Assembly: GCA_000165425.1 (NCBI GenBank)
Contig: CT868030.1
Span: 186,001 to 250,000 of the forward strand
Source of the DNA: Paramecium tetraurelia
Taxonomy: Eukaryota
DNA: 64,000 nucleotides
Direction of reading: 5' to 3'
Shown piece after piece: positions 12,956 through 26,200 of this stretch. Below the pieces are notes generated by a model. It was not told the origin of the DNA. It worked only from the letters and a program-made list of their open reading frames with translations, and made no database searches. A program made the translations under genes and the position numbers. Each line of letters starts with the position of its first letter. The first letter of the stretch is position 1.

Positions 12956-14133
12956 ATGGCAGACACTTAAACTCCTGATGATATTAGTAAAGTGATACCC
13001 ATTAATCCTTAATACCAAGTGCCTAATGCAGTTCAGAATCAAATGTAGATTCCAAACCAAATTCCACAAATATAATAGCCTCCACAATAAACATATGTTG
13101 TATATGCTCCTTAGATGTACTAACCAAGACCATAATATAACCTTAATCAAGTTCAACCTATCCAATATCCACAATTTCAACATCCGCAACGCTTGGTCCC
13201 CCCTTAATAACAACCATACTTACCATACCAATAATAACCTTAGATGATGTAGCCATTAATTCCCCCTCTTAAGTAAGAAGAAACCTTAAAGCATGATTCC
13301 TTAAGATTGGCTGGAAAATTAGAAAGAAGGTTTTTCAACTTACAGGTTCTATCCTTTTTCCTTCTTTTCTAAGCCTTCGCTTTGGTTTTGTGTTGTAGTT
13401 CTTATCGCAATGGCTTTATTGAATTCTAGTATAACCTTTACGGTAGTTTCAAGGTTCCATTTTACATTTTCACAGTGATAATGGCACTTTCACTATTATA
13501 CTCTTACACAGCTTCAAAGAAATTGAAGAACTCCTCAACTAGCAAAATTCTTTGTGCAGTCTATGGAATATCATATGGTTTCTTTATTTAGGCTTTGTAT
13601 TCCTCCACTTATTCATATTACTATTATTATTAAAGTGGAAACAGCTATCACTTTTTGGAATCAAATGGTGGCGATGAGATCGTTATAATAGTGTTTAGTT
13701 TCATTAATCTTGAAGTTCTATCGCTATTTACATACGCAATGCAAGAATTAGACCAATTAAGCTTTAGAAGTAAATTATCGATTTTATCATTAGACTCCTT
13801 CTGGTATGTTATGGTACCCTCAGTTACTTATGGAGGAATCCTGTTTTCTCTCTATTATTAATACGGTGTATTGTGTGGAATCATCTGTTTTTCAATTGCA
13901 TTTGGATTCTATCTTCAATTCATCCTTTCTAGAATGATTCAATCAACTAAGGTATTAATTTATTTTATGAATATCTTTAGTTTAACTTGAGATCCGATGA
14001 CGGCAAATACGCAGCTGTTCTCTTAGGCTTTTTAATTCTGGTTCCATTCTTTGATATTGGATTGAACAAAAGTGACGAAATGGTGTAAGAATCCTAGAGT
14101 TAAAACAATTAGTAAAAAAATAATATACAATGA
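12956..14133 (+). CDS. Divergent Bax inhibitor-1/TMBIM (Lifeguard-like) membrane protein with P/Q/Y-rich N-terminus
   Basis: P/Q-rich tail, then ERRFFNLQVLSFFLLFQ (cf. RxxFIRKVYxILxxQL), multiple TM segments and FNLRSDDGKYAAVLL (cf. YSLSPEEYIFAAL). One intron. Confidence 0.65.
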
Positions 14134-14205
14134 GGAAAATCATAAAACAATATTCATAATTTATATCACTTGCTTGTTATTCAATATTATTAATATATTT
14201 ATCGA

Positions 14206-15306
14206 ATGACTTCACAATAATAGTCATAAACCTTTGTTCCTATTGTATTATCTTAAGAAGAATATAACCAAATTCTCAGCCAACCTGCCTACCTGCACCA
14301 ATAATTACTGTAAGAAATCTATTAAAAGAAATAATAACAACCTTAGCTCTAATAATAAGTACAGGTGCATCCTTATTAATAATTTCAACAATAAGCTTTG
14401 AATTAACCTTAAAGCACAGCCGTCTTAATTAATATACCATAAATTCCAAATCATCCTAACCAACCCAATTATGTGTATTAGTAAGGAGTTCAACCCCTCC
14501 CACAATACGTATAATACTAGTAACAGAATCCTAATTAAAATTTAAACATTATTCAAAATCCTTTACAACATAAATCTATTCAAAAAGCTGGTAACTTAGA
14601 ACTTAAATATTTTTATGAATGGTCTACATATCTATTTATGTTAGAAATTTGTATTTCACTGTTTACTAATACTAATTCTGCCTTTTTCAATTGGGAGTTG
14701 GTTACAAATAACTATTAATGGAATAGTACTTTATGGGTAGTTTTAATATTATTTATAATATTGAATTTATTCATTTTAACAAATCCAACTTACGTAACCT
14801 AAGTAAAATAATATTATTATTTTAGAAAAATAATCAAAAATTGTATTATTGGATACACGTTCTTTTATTCGTATTGCTAATGTAAGGTCTTCAAACTGCA
14901 ATATCAGGCAGCGCTGAGGTGTTCTCTTGGAATACAAATTATTTCTATTACTTCTACCTTTTAATATGTGTTGAATTCATTTCAGTGAGAATTGCCATTA
15001 AACGTCACGGGGTGAAGAAACCTATTCAAGAATATTTAGGATATTTAATAGCTGCCCCAGTCGTTACTTACTTTTTAGAGTTAATTTGTCAAGATTATTT
15101 CTATATTTATACACCTTTATTAATTTGGGTTATTTTTGTAATACTAATTGGAGTGGGATAAATTTTCATAATAAGTAAGATAATTGAAAAGGGATATGTA
15201 ATATTTTATTCTTATTTCCTAGAACAAATTTTAAACAAAAGATGTCTTTGCTATGGCCATTAGTTTTCCAATTTTATTGGTATGCCCATTTTTTGATGAG
15301 GAATGA
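14206..15306 (+). CDS. Tandem paralogue of the preceding TMBIM-like membrane protein
   Basis: Q-rich N-terminus. LQHKSIQKAGNLELKYF aligns with LKHDSLRLAGKLERRFF, and both proteins have PFFD near the C-terminus. Small introns. Confidence 0.65.
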
Positions 15307-15386
15307 GGAATGCTATGATATATATATAAGTTATAAGTTAGTTATTATTAATGTAATATCATATAGTTTAATAAAAAGAAATTTTA

Positions 15387-17723
15387 TCAAATTGTGCTTT
15401 TGTAATAATCGATAATAGATTATAGCTATTTCATTTCAACAGGTTTTTCTAAATAAAATTTCATCCCAACTTATTAACACTTTGGAAATTCCATTTCCTT
15501 TTGATAGGCGGAACAAGCCACAATGATAGGAGATTTTAAATCTTTTTCTTCACAATATGAAAATATATGTTTAGATGCATTGATACCATTGATTCCAAGC
15601 ATTTCTAGATCCATGAATATTAAACCATACATATTTGAATTACAATAATTGCATTTTTCTTTTAATTTGATTTTTTCTATGGCTTTGTATCCATTAATTG
15701 AATAATCAATTTATTTAACACCTCTAGATAAAATAATAAGGAATACATTCTTAACAATAGCATTTGCAAAGCATCAATATTGAATTAAGTATCATCCACT
15801 ATTAATATTTTAGAGCAACACTCAACAGAACTATTAATTTGTTTTTTTGGTTGGGTCACAATGATCTAGATCTCTTTTGAGCTTTCTTCATCTTCGTTTA
15901 GATTCTCTATCATTTCACTATCACTCAAAATTGATTGCTTATTATTATTGATGGATCTAACTTTTTCTGATTCCTGACTCTAAAGTTCTTGAAGTTGGAT
16001 TGTAAATGAAAAACTTGATCCCTTATGATAAATTGAATCAAATCTGAGACCATCTCCCAATTGCTATGCTATTTTATTACTAATCACTAATCCTAAGCCG
16101 ACTCCTTGAGCATTTAACTTCTTGCTCTCCTCAGAGTTTATCTTCCCAAAAGCCTTCATTAACATCTCTTTATCCTACTCCTACACTCCTATTCCTGAAT
16201 CAGTTATGCAAATTTCAATAACTAACTCTTCCACTAGATCTACCCTCAATGAGATGTATCCTTCTTAAGTGAATTTGAATGCATTTCCTATTAGATTAAT
16301 CATTACTTATTTAATCCTATTTTAATCCTATTCGATAATATCAGGACAAACAGACTGATACTATAACATTAATTTTAATTGTTTTTTCTCAGCTTAGAGA
16401 TTAAACATTTATAAACATTCTTGGCATAGCATTTTTAGATTAAACCTTTCCATTTTTAACTAAAATTTATTTGCTTGAATCTATGCCAAGTCCAATAAAT
16501 CATTACACAGATTTAATAGATATCTTGAGTTATCGATTGAATTTTGAATATATAAATTATTTTATTCTTTTGCAACATGTTCCAACATTGTGATCATACA
16601 ACCCAAAGGGGCTCTAAATTCATGAGAAACAAATGAAATCATTTTAGATTTTTAATTATAATGACTTTGCAATTATTTAATGTACTTCTTGTAACTTAGA
16701 TCTCTGCAAATAATAGTCATAACTTTCTTAACCTAAGAGTTCACGTAAACACTCACCTCAAGTATAGGAGCTTATTAGGACTATTGATATTCATAAGATT
16801 ACTTAAGATAGATGTTTAGATTGCTAAACATAAAATAGATAGCTCTCCTTATTTTACTTAATCCAAATTTTATCAAGCACTTATTATAAAGTTACTTCTT
16901 TCACCCCTTATTAAGGAATGTATTGACTTTTTGAATTAAAGGACAAGGATCCACTATATTACTTTATAGAATTTTATATATCAATTCCAATACTCTTTAT
17001 TGATTGTATCGATTTCTTCGCCTCGAGTTTCTCAATCTTGTAGTAGTTTTAATAAGCAGTCTAAATTTAGTTTTCGTCAGAAATCTAAAACATCGACTTA
17101 GCTGATCTATTCACAAAAGTTGGCTATTATTCATAACCCTATTCATAAAGGATCACACCTTCCCTTATCTAATTAAAGCATAGATTCTTCGTATAATTTT
17201 CTTAAAAGAGCTCGTGTTAACTCATTTCTTTCCACTTATATCTTTCTGAATTTTAAAAGATCTCTATTAATTTTGGAGATTACTATTATTTAAAGGTCTC
17301 ATAATTCATTATTGTTAATATGATATAGACTGCTGCATAATGAATTGCAGTCCAGATAATTTCTTGATCCAAATGATTGAACATTCTGAGTAAGGAATAT
17401 GATCCAATAAATAGTAAATTTGGGAATAGGATCCAAAATTGATCTTAGTTCTTAAACATTAAGTATGCATAAAATAGAGAGTGAGCAAAGCCAAACTAAG
17501 GAATCTGAATTTCTATATGCAAAGTGTATGTCAACAATATTTGTATCATGATTATCCATTTTTTTTCTAAAGTCTAATTGTAATAGATAATTATTATAGT
17601 AAATATTACCAATGCAAGTATTGTAAGATTCTTATAAGTGAAAGAATCAACAATTTATTATATTAGTTGACCCAATAATAAAAAACAATTAATAATTAAG
17701 GCATGTGATATTTTAATATTCAT
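15387..17723 (-). CDS. Membrane-bound hybrid histidine kinase (TM, PAS-like, HisKA, HATPase, receiver)
   Basis: H-box SFVSHEFRAPL, N-box QVMINLIGNAFKFT, G1 ITDSGIG, G2 GVGLGLVIS. Receiver ILIVDD..IFMDLEM..ACSA..EKP. Confidence 0.95.
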
Positions 17724-19011
17724 TATATTAATGTCACTACAGGCATGTACTACATCGTTTTTACCCACGCCCTAATGTCGTTAATGCCACCAAAAGCATA
17801 AGTTCCAGTGACCGCTCCAGTAAAAGCGTTATTAAACTCATTTTTACCAACATACTCAAGCTCGAGAGTATTCTGATCCTTTATAGCAAAATAGTCAAAA
17901 CTAACTTCGTCCTAATTTCCACCCAATACAACAATAAGATCCTTCTTTTGAGCTGAATCTATTAAAATAATAACAATAATCTACCAGCTACTTCCACTTG
18001 CTTCAAAACAAAAAGTTGAGACCCTGCTCTTGGAACACTCAATTTTGTTTTTGATTTGATATTTTCAATTGACTTTTTCTCAATATCCATAATCGCAATC
18101 TTATCAGTAACTTTCTCCCCATTCGACCCTCCAAAAACTAAAATATGCTTATCTGAAATTGGCAAACAAGATGAACCCAAATGATTTGTTACGTTAATAC
18201 CCTATCTATATTTGAAATCCTTCCACTTCTTAGTGGCTAAATCAAAGCATTCCACCTTATTGCTATGGAGTATTTTCTAATAACAATACTATGATAATAT
18301 ATACAATTTCCTCATTCTCAAGAGTCAATCCGCCATAAACATAAACTTTATTATTTAAAACAAAGCCTGAAAATCCAGATCTAGCTTGAACCATACTGTC
18401 CACTACTTCCCATGATTACTCTCCATTCTGATTCACAGGGCCCTTCTCATCATATATCTCACATTGGTTTAAGATACCCCAACCATCTTAATTTATGAGT
18501 TGGCCTCCAACTACCAGATATAGATATTAATTTGTCGTTCCAGGTTTTAATAATTCGAAAACTTTATGATTATGTCTTGCAAAATTCATTTGTGGTATTA
18601 CAGGCACCTTCTCTCCCTCAATTTCATTGCCATCTTCATCCTCTCTTGTTAAGCCCTATCTCCATAATTCATATTTGATTCTGTGTCCTTCCATGTGATC
18701 ATGAAGCTAAATTCTAAAGCAAAAGGCAGAGCTATAAATGTCCTTATTTTCTTGATATGCACCACCAGTAACTAGAAATTCTGCTCCAATCTACTTTTTG
18801 ATATAGGATGAAAAATAAGGAACACACGGAGGCTGATCTTTGCTTATGAAAGCCCATCCAGCTAAAGAATATAATATGATTTACGTTTTGCATCTCCTGT
18901 AGCGAAATTATACCCAATTGATGGATAGAATTGCTCTTCTTACTTATCCTAATCTACAAAAGGAGGGTGAATCACAGTAGTGAATGTAAAATGATTTTAT
19001 TCCTGCTTCAT
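17720..19011 (-). CDS. Kelch-repeat protein
   Basis: GG kelch blades (LVTGGAY, LVVGGQ, VYVYGG, ILVFGGSNG, VVLGGN), small introns, TGA 17720-17722. Confidence 0.88.
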
Positions 19012-19239
19012 TTCTAATTAATTTATATCAATTGCAAATCATCAAATGCCATACTAAATACATTTGAAAGAGAATTATTTCCAATAAATATATATGAGAG
19101 TAAATTAACTTATTTTAAAAATACAGACCTAGAACTCGATTCTTTGTATCTTATTTTGGAGCAAAAGAAAATCTTGTATAAATATCACACTTATAATATT
19201 ATATATTAAATCTTTCATAAAGACATAAAAGAATAAATT

Positions 19240-20228
19240 ATGTTAAATAATATTTTGCTGCAAACAAGAGAAAAAGAAGATAATCCACCCCAAGGAAATT
19301 CAGAGTCCTCCTTCTCCCAGAATTCAACCACAATAGAGACTGCCAATTTATCATAGACTCCAACTCTTAATTTAATTAATTAAGAGAATGGCCCTCGTCA
19401 TACCTTCTCATAGTTAGATTAAATTTATTAACCCTTGTTACAACATAATTAATAATTGTCGAGTCTGAATGATTTGCAAAAACAGAGATTTCTTATTTAA
19501 ATAACAGGGGTTTGGATATTTTAGGAAGCTATATAAATAATTATGTCAGTCATAACTATCCTAGATTTTAACTACGATAACTTGTTTTATAATTTTGAAT
19601 AGGAAAAATATCGAGCACCATTATACTTATTCTTTCTGATCTCTGCCTCATAATTATTGTTAATCAGATTCTATAAACCATTTAGATGTGTATATATTTA
19701 AATATAAATAGCAAGAAACACTATGCTTTTTTCATATTCTTGATCTTCACAATTTCATATGCTTTATGGATTAGTGGCCTCATCGCTGCGGACCATTCAG
19801 ATATTTGGAACATAGAAAACTCTGTTTAAATCGGATTCGCCATTTTCATAGGTATTATATGCAATTTTCTGACTTTGATTACTCTGCAATTTCATTTTTC
19901 TCTGACCAATAAAAAGATAACATTTTTTAGTAAAATAATTTAATATTCCCAGGAACAATTAAGTATGTTGTCATTCCACCCTTTGTTTATGCCTTCATAT
20001 TTTAAATATTCAACCCTTTTGATTATACTGCAGTACTAATTTTATGGATGTCAACAGAGTTATGGGCCTTAACCTTTGGAGGCTTGTTTCTGTACAGTAC
20101 ATTACAAATAATTAATGGTAAGGTAAATAAATATCATTTAATTTTAGTTTAATCTAAATTAAGATTAAACCATCTCTGCAGCACTTTTGGCATTTATTAA
20201 TATGTTTTTTCCATTTGGACATTTTTGA
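19240..20228 (+). CDS. Third divergent TMBIM/Bax-inhibitor-1-like membrane protein
   Basis: QKQRFLIQITGVWIFQE, multiple TM segments, C-terminus FNLNQDQTISAALLAFINMFFPF. Intron at the same position (before FNL) as in the 12956 gene. Confidence 0.65.
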
Positions 20229-20298
20229 TTAAATAACATATGTGTCGTATCATATCTAAAGAGAAATAAAATAATATTATTATTAAATATATTAATTT

Positions 20299-23200
20299 TC
20301 AAATTAATCTTGTTTTTTGACTTCCCTCATTGTCTACTGAAGCATAAGTAATTCTTTGCTCTGAAACTAGATGTGTAAACAAAGGAGGTTGTGTTTGCTT
20401 TTTATTTGTTGAAGCTTTTAACTTCATAAACAATTGCCTTATTCTATCCCTTCTTTCAGTACTCAACTCTAAATATTTAGATTTTAACATGTATTCAATT
20501 TTTATATGTTTCTTGATTATCATCCTTATCATATCGAAAAACGCTTCATATTTTGATATGTGCACAGAGATAAATTTCATTGCACATTGATAGAATAAAT
20601 ACAATAATGATATTAATATTAGAACTTGGAGGATATAATTTAATACTGTTTAGTTATCATAAATCGAAAATTACACTAGACATAATAGTAATGAGATTAT
20701 GCATAGAATTAGACATTCCTTCTCAAATTTATTTAACTTTCCCACATTAAATGGTTTACTAATGTTAAACATAAGGTAGTAAGTAAAAAGTAAACCAATT
20801 AATAAGATCCCTTTGGTTATAATAAAATCTTATAACAATACAATAATCAAAGTAAGTAATAGCCTTTGGCTTACTCTTATTAACTCCCAAAAATAAAATT
20901 TTCTTGAATATTCATTAAATAGATAACCAAACTTTTATTTAATGGAATAATTATTAAAATTCTTCTTATTTTGATTGAGAGTTACAAATAAAATTAAAGG
21001 AAGTATGAACCCAGCGAATATCAATAAAGGTAATATAAGAATGTAAACTGCCTTCTAATGAACAGGTGTCCAATATTAATACGATACATTTGCACTGATC
21101 CATTACTGATCCCCATACATCTTTGGAGTTAATAAAGAGGATAGTCTAAAAAATAAGTGAAATTGTTTACGCTTTGATTAAATTTAAAAAGCCTGATAAA
21201 TATAAATAGAAAAAGGATGAATATAGTGTTTCCAGAGTGAAGGTATTCAGTTGCAATTTTTCTAGTATAAATGAAAGTGAAACAAACATTATATATTGAA
21301 TTAATTGGATAATAACAATAAAGGAGAGATTGACATAAATGTATTCGATATTCAGATTTGAAAGATAGCAATCAAAATTATTGGTAGTAGAGTACGTTGA
21401 GTTTCCAACGAATTTAAACACATCTTCAATATTAGAAATAAAATTCAATTAGAATGTATATACTACTAACACAATCTAAAAGTAATTACTAATCAATTTA
21501 ATTACAGTACCGGATTGATCTAAAATTAAAACATTAATACCTTAAGATAATCGCACAATTATATCATACATTTTAGTTTAAGCTTTGCAATATAAGAATT
21601 TTTAATTCTATAATTAGGTACTTTTGACAGTTAAAGCAATCTAAATCAACACCCAAATAAAGACAAAGAAGAATTCTAATAATACTACACCCTAATTGCC
21701 ACAAAGCAAGCAAGTATAATCTCTTGTTTTTGAGTACTTTCCAAATCCTCTGATATTGTATACATCACATTCTTAGCAAAGTGCTCCTAGCGTGCCTTCT
21801 AAGCAAGTCTCATCTCCAAATTTCCACCCTCCAAGACAATTTTTTGGTTAATTGAAACATTGCTCTAATGTTGAAGAATGTAAAGTATATCTCCATATAC
21901 CTTGGTATAAGTCTAGCAGATTTTCAGTGTGATTTCTTATATAATAAGGATTGGATTTTTCACAATAGCCAATTAGAGGATCAACACTGTAATAACCTTT
22001 TGATGAATTGCAAGCTAGACATTAATCTTCTGAGAAATATTCGCCCATTTAACATTTAATTGTTTTAACATAAAAGGTATATTTATAACCTACATTTTCA
22101 ATTGCATCACAATTAATCCCTACATACAAGTAATTATTCTTATAAGGATTTAAAATAAAAACAATCTCTTCAAGATTAAGGTAGTTTTATTCACTATTAA
22201 ATTTTATCTCAGTTAAGGAAAAATTACTTTTGATAAGTTTGAAGTTTTCATCTAACAAATCTTATTGAACATCACATACAACGTTTAAATCTGTTAATGT
22301 CTAATCTTCTTAAAAGTAATTTTGAACTTTGAATTTTAGATTTATTGAATTATTACTAAATGTTAGAGTCTATATGTCGAATTCTCTATAAGATTATAAT
22401 GATTAGCCACTAGGCAGGTGAAGCAACGCATTTCCACTTCTAGCAATCTAATTGTTTGAATATGATTTGTTAAATAATTAGTTAATTTTTTGATTGGTAT
22501 CCATTTTCAACTAAAAGTATTCTTGTCCATAAGTGTTTGTCTTGTAAGTGGCTTTGTTATTAAAGAATAAAGTTGTCTCTAAAGAGTGGGTAAGATCCTA
22601 TTTTAAAATTTTGTCATTAAATATTCCGCCTCCTTGATATGCCCGATTTTCAGATACCACTGAGCTTACGATATAAAATGGAGAGTTCTAAATGTAAATG
22701 GCTCCACCCTTTTGTAGTGCAGTATTATGAATGAATAAGGATTACTGTATTTGATAGTTGAGATTTGATATTGATATCTATCCATTCTAAGAATTTGAAT
22801 TGTTATAATAGAAATGTTTTTTTAAAAGAACCAATTATTCTCCTCCCAATTATTTTGAACTGATATTGAGTTTATTATTTGAAATACAACTGTTATTTAG
22901 AAAAAGGAATTATTCCAATCTAGATTTGAAATACTTCTCATAATGAATATTGAATAGACCCAAGTTAAATGACATCTCTTTAAATTAACTTATCATTGCA
23001 TCTTGAATTTAGAATTTCTAATATTCATCTAAGAATTTAATTGATATTAATTGATCTGGAGTTAAGCTTGAAAGAAGTATTTATGTTATTAGGCAGTTCT
23101 TTTGCTTCATTTAAAATGAATTAGACTATTGTATATCTATGAAAAGCATCTCCTCTTTAAATTCCTAGAAGCATGGGTTTTTATAAATTGAAGGTACTCT

Positions 23201-26200
23201 AAATTTGCTCTATCTTAATCTTAAATGAGCAATATTTAAAAGTTTCAATATGTTATCTACAAATATTTGAATACAATACTTTGGTAAGATTCATATAAAA
23301 TCAATGAGCTTGTCAATAGTTCTCCTACTTCTATATATAATTTGAAGAGTTTCAAATTTTCCATTTTTCTTAGAGAGAAGGCTGGTTGATTAATAATATC
23401 AAAATACATGTAGATATTACTAATCGTTAGGTTGCTAACTAAAATATACTTAATACCAGTAATCCAAATAAAAATATCCATTATCGTTATTAATATAGGA
23501 GATTTCATTCTCACTTAATTCTTGGAATTCATTTGTATTATCGTAAAATCCATCAAAAGTCACATTAACTAATATGTTACTTAAATACACAAAGTTAAAT
23601 TGAGTTTATAAAGAAAATTCAATACCAAAGAAACCCTTGAACAGTGATATAACATTAAGGGCAATAACATTCCTAAGTTCTATTCGATTGTAAGTGTTCG
23701 AAGGGATTAAATACAAAAATCCACCATCATAAAGACTGTATGATGTGTTGACTTAAATATCTATAAAGTTCAGAATTAAATTTGAATCCTTTGCCGTAAC
23801 ATAAAATGATCCCCCCCTACTCTCCTTTCCTCCTATAGCCATACTATCTGATATAGATGCATTTGTTATATTAAATTCACTATCTAAAACCAATTCTATC
23901 TTACAAAAGCCTCCTTAAATAGCTTTCGAAGACTATGAGGAAATGTTATTAAGAGTGAGGTATTGAGATTAAATATTAAAAATGCTACCTTCTGATTCAA
24001 TAGGAAACAATTACTCTAAAACTTTTATTGAAGAACTTGAATAAATCATATTTATGTACTAGTATAACCAATCAGCATGTATGTTAGTAAACTAACTTGT
24101 AAAATTGAAAATTAAAATCATTTTTGACTCTAAATAAATTAGGGCAGTAGATGTGTTAGTGATGATATTATTTTAGAATAGAAAATTTGAGAGTTAAATT
24201 TCACTCTAAAATGATAGAAAAGAGATGAGGGATAATTATTCAGAAGTTTTGATAATTTTTTCATAGCTGTTTCCAAAAATATATAAAAAATGAAAATTAT
24301 TAAACAGTATTTTTGAAGCCTTGTTCAATTAAACTTTAAATAAAGATGTTTCATAGATTCCTAATTCTTAAACCAATATGATATTTTAGATAGTAAAATC
24401 AGTTATTTATATTTCCATAAAATTTGAATCATCCTAAATTTTAATCAAATTAGTATTCTATATTTTCAAATTACTGATATCAAAATTATGTAATGAAATA
24501 GCAGTTGAATTGTGGATGTATATTAAATTCTACAAAGATGGTTCAAGGTCAATGTCCAGCTCTTTTTCATGACTAATCCTAGAAATAGATTCCTACCCAA
24601 AAATAATAACATTCCTAACTTTGATGTACTTTGAGTTGATTATATTTATCTGAAAACTGGATTATGCAATTAATGAGCAAACATAATCTTAAAATAATAC
24701 AAACTTTCCTTAAATAATAAATAGAAAATTATTCTAATTCAAATCACTAATCTAATTCAGTTTAGCAATTCTTATATTTGATAATTGCACATTAAAATAG
24801 TAATCATGCTCAATTGTAATTATACTACTATCGGATGTTATTTAGTTCAGTTATAGTTGTGAAATGTAAAAAATTAAGGAATAGGAATTCAATTTGGTAT
24901 TAGCTTAAGTTGAGATTAAACTAGAGTTTATAAATTATGTTTAGGATATTTCGATGTTTTCGAAATGAGCAGGACTGTGTACCAGAAATATATTTGTTTT
25001 GATGAAATTTGTATCTAAAATTGTTATATCTGTAATAATCTAATCGTTAGCTAGATAATTTTTAATCAATTAAAAGTTCTCAAAGTTGCAGCCTAATATT
25101 GAGATTTTAGATAATTCAATGTATTAGAATATTAATTTATTCTATTCTCCTACAATTTAAATCATATCAGAGAATTTCAATGTACAGTTTATAATGGTTA
25201 GATTATTAAACTAAATATAATTAGTGTCGATAATTGGATTTACAAGGTCTACTTATATTATGCTTGTGTTATAGAAGTAACAATTTTTAAATACTACATT
25301 TTCAAACTTTACACTTATGCCTTTTTGTGTTTTATTCTATTTAATGTAAAATAATGGGAATTGTGATATTTAAATGGAATCCAATGTTATAGTGTTAAAT
25401 TCAAGATAATCAATTTCTTTCCAGATGAATAACTATTTAACTATATTCTCTTATAACTATTAGGTCATTGTGATATTTTTAATTATTAGTTAACATCCAT
25501 TAATTGAATTAACTAAGATAATATTCTCACAAAATTGTTGATTGATTGATATCTAAAAATCTTAGATTATTATTTCATCAAAGTAGTAAATATCTAATTT
25601 GTAAGGACAAACCATTTCTACTTTTAATTTTGAATTAATTATCATTTAACTAATATATGATTGACTATAAATTCTATTTTTAATTGGTATCTCAATAAGA
25701 AAACTATCAAAATATTCCACATAAACATCAAAATTTATAGTCACTTTTGAGAAAATAAGGTCGCTTTAGATTGTTGCAAGGGTTAAATAGTTAATGAAAT
25801 TGTAAATAAGTTGCTGATCTTATTTCAAATAGTTTTATAATTTTGGTGTTGGCCTACCAGTAGATTAATCAATAGAAACCTATTCCAAATTAGTCTTGAT
25901 ACAAAACAAGTCATTTGAAGATGATTATTGAGGGTAACAATATGAGCATTAATAAGGACATTTGTAACAGTTGCCATTATATAGAACGATTGTATTTGAG
26001 TTTTCATATGATTAGCACTCTGAGCACTAACCTATATAATACTGCTTACAATAAGGGATCTTGATTTCAATAGAACAATATTTAGTAAACCCAATACTAC
26101 CTTCGCAAATACCATATATTTCTGAATATTAAAAGTAATTAAAGGCCAATTCCAACCTTTTAGATATGGCTTAAATAAATGGCTAAATTTTAGTTATATA

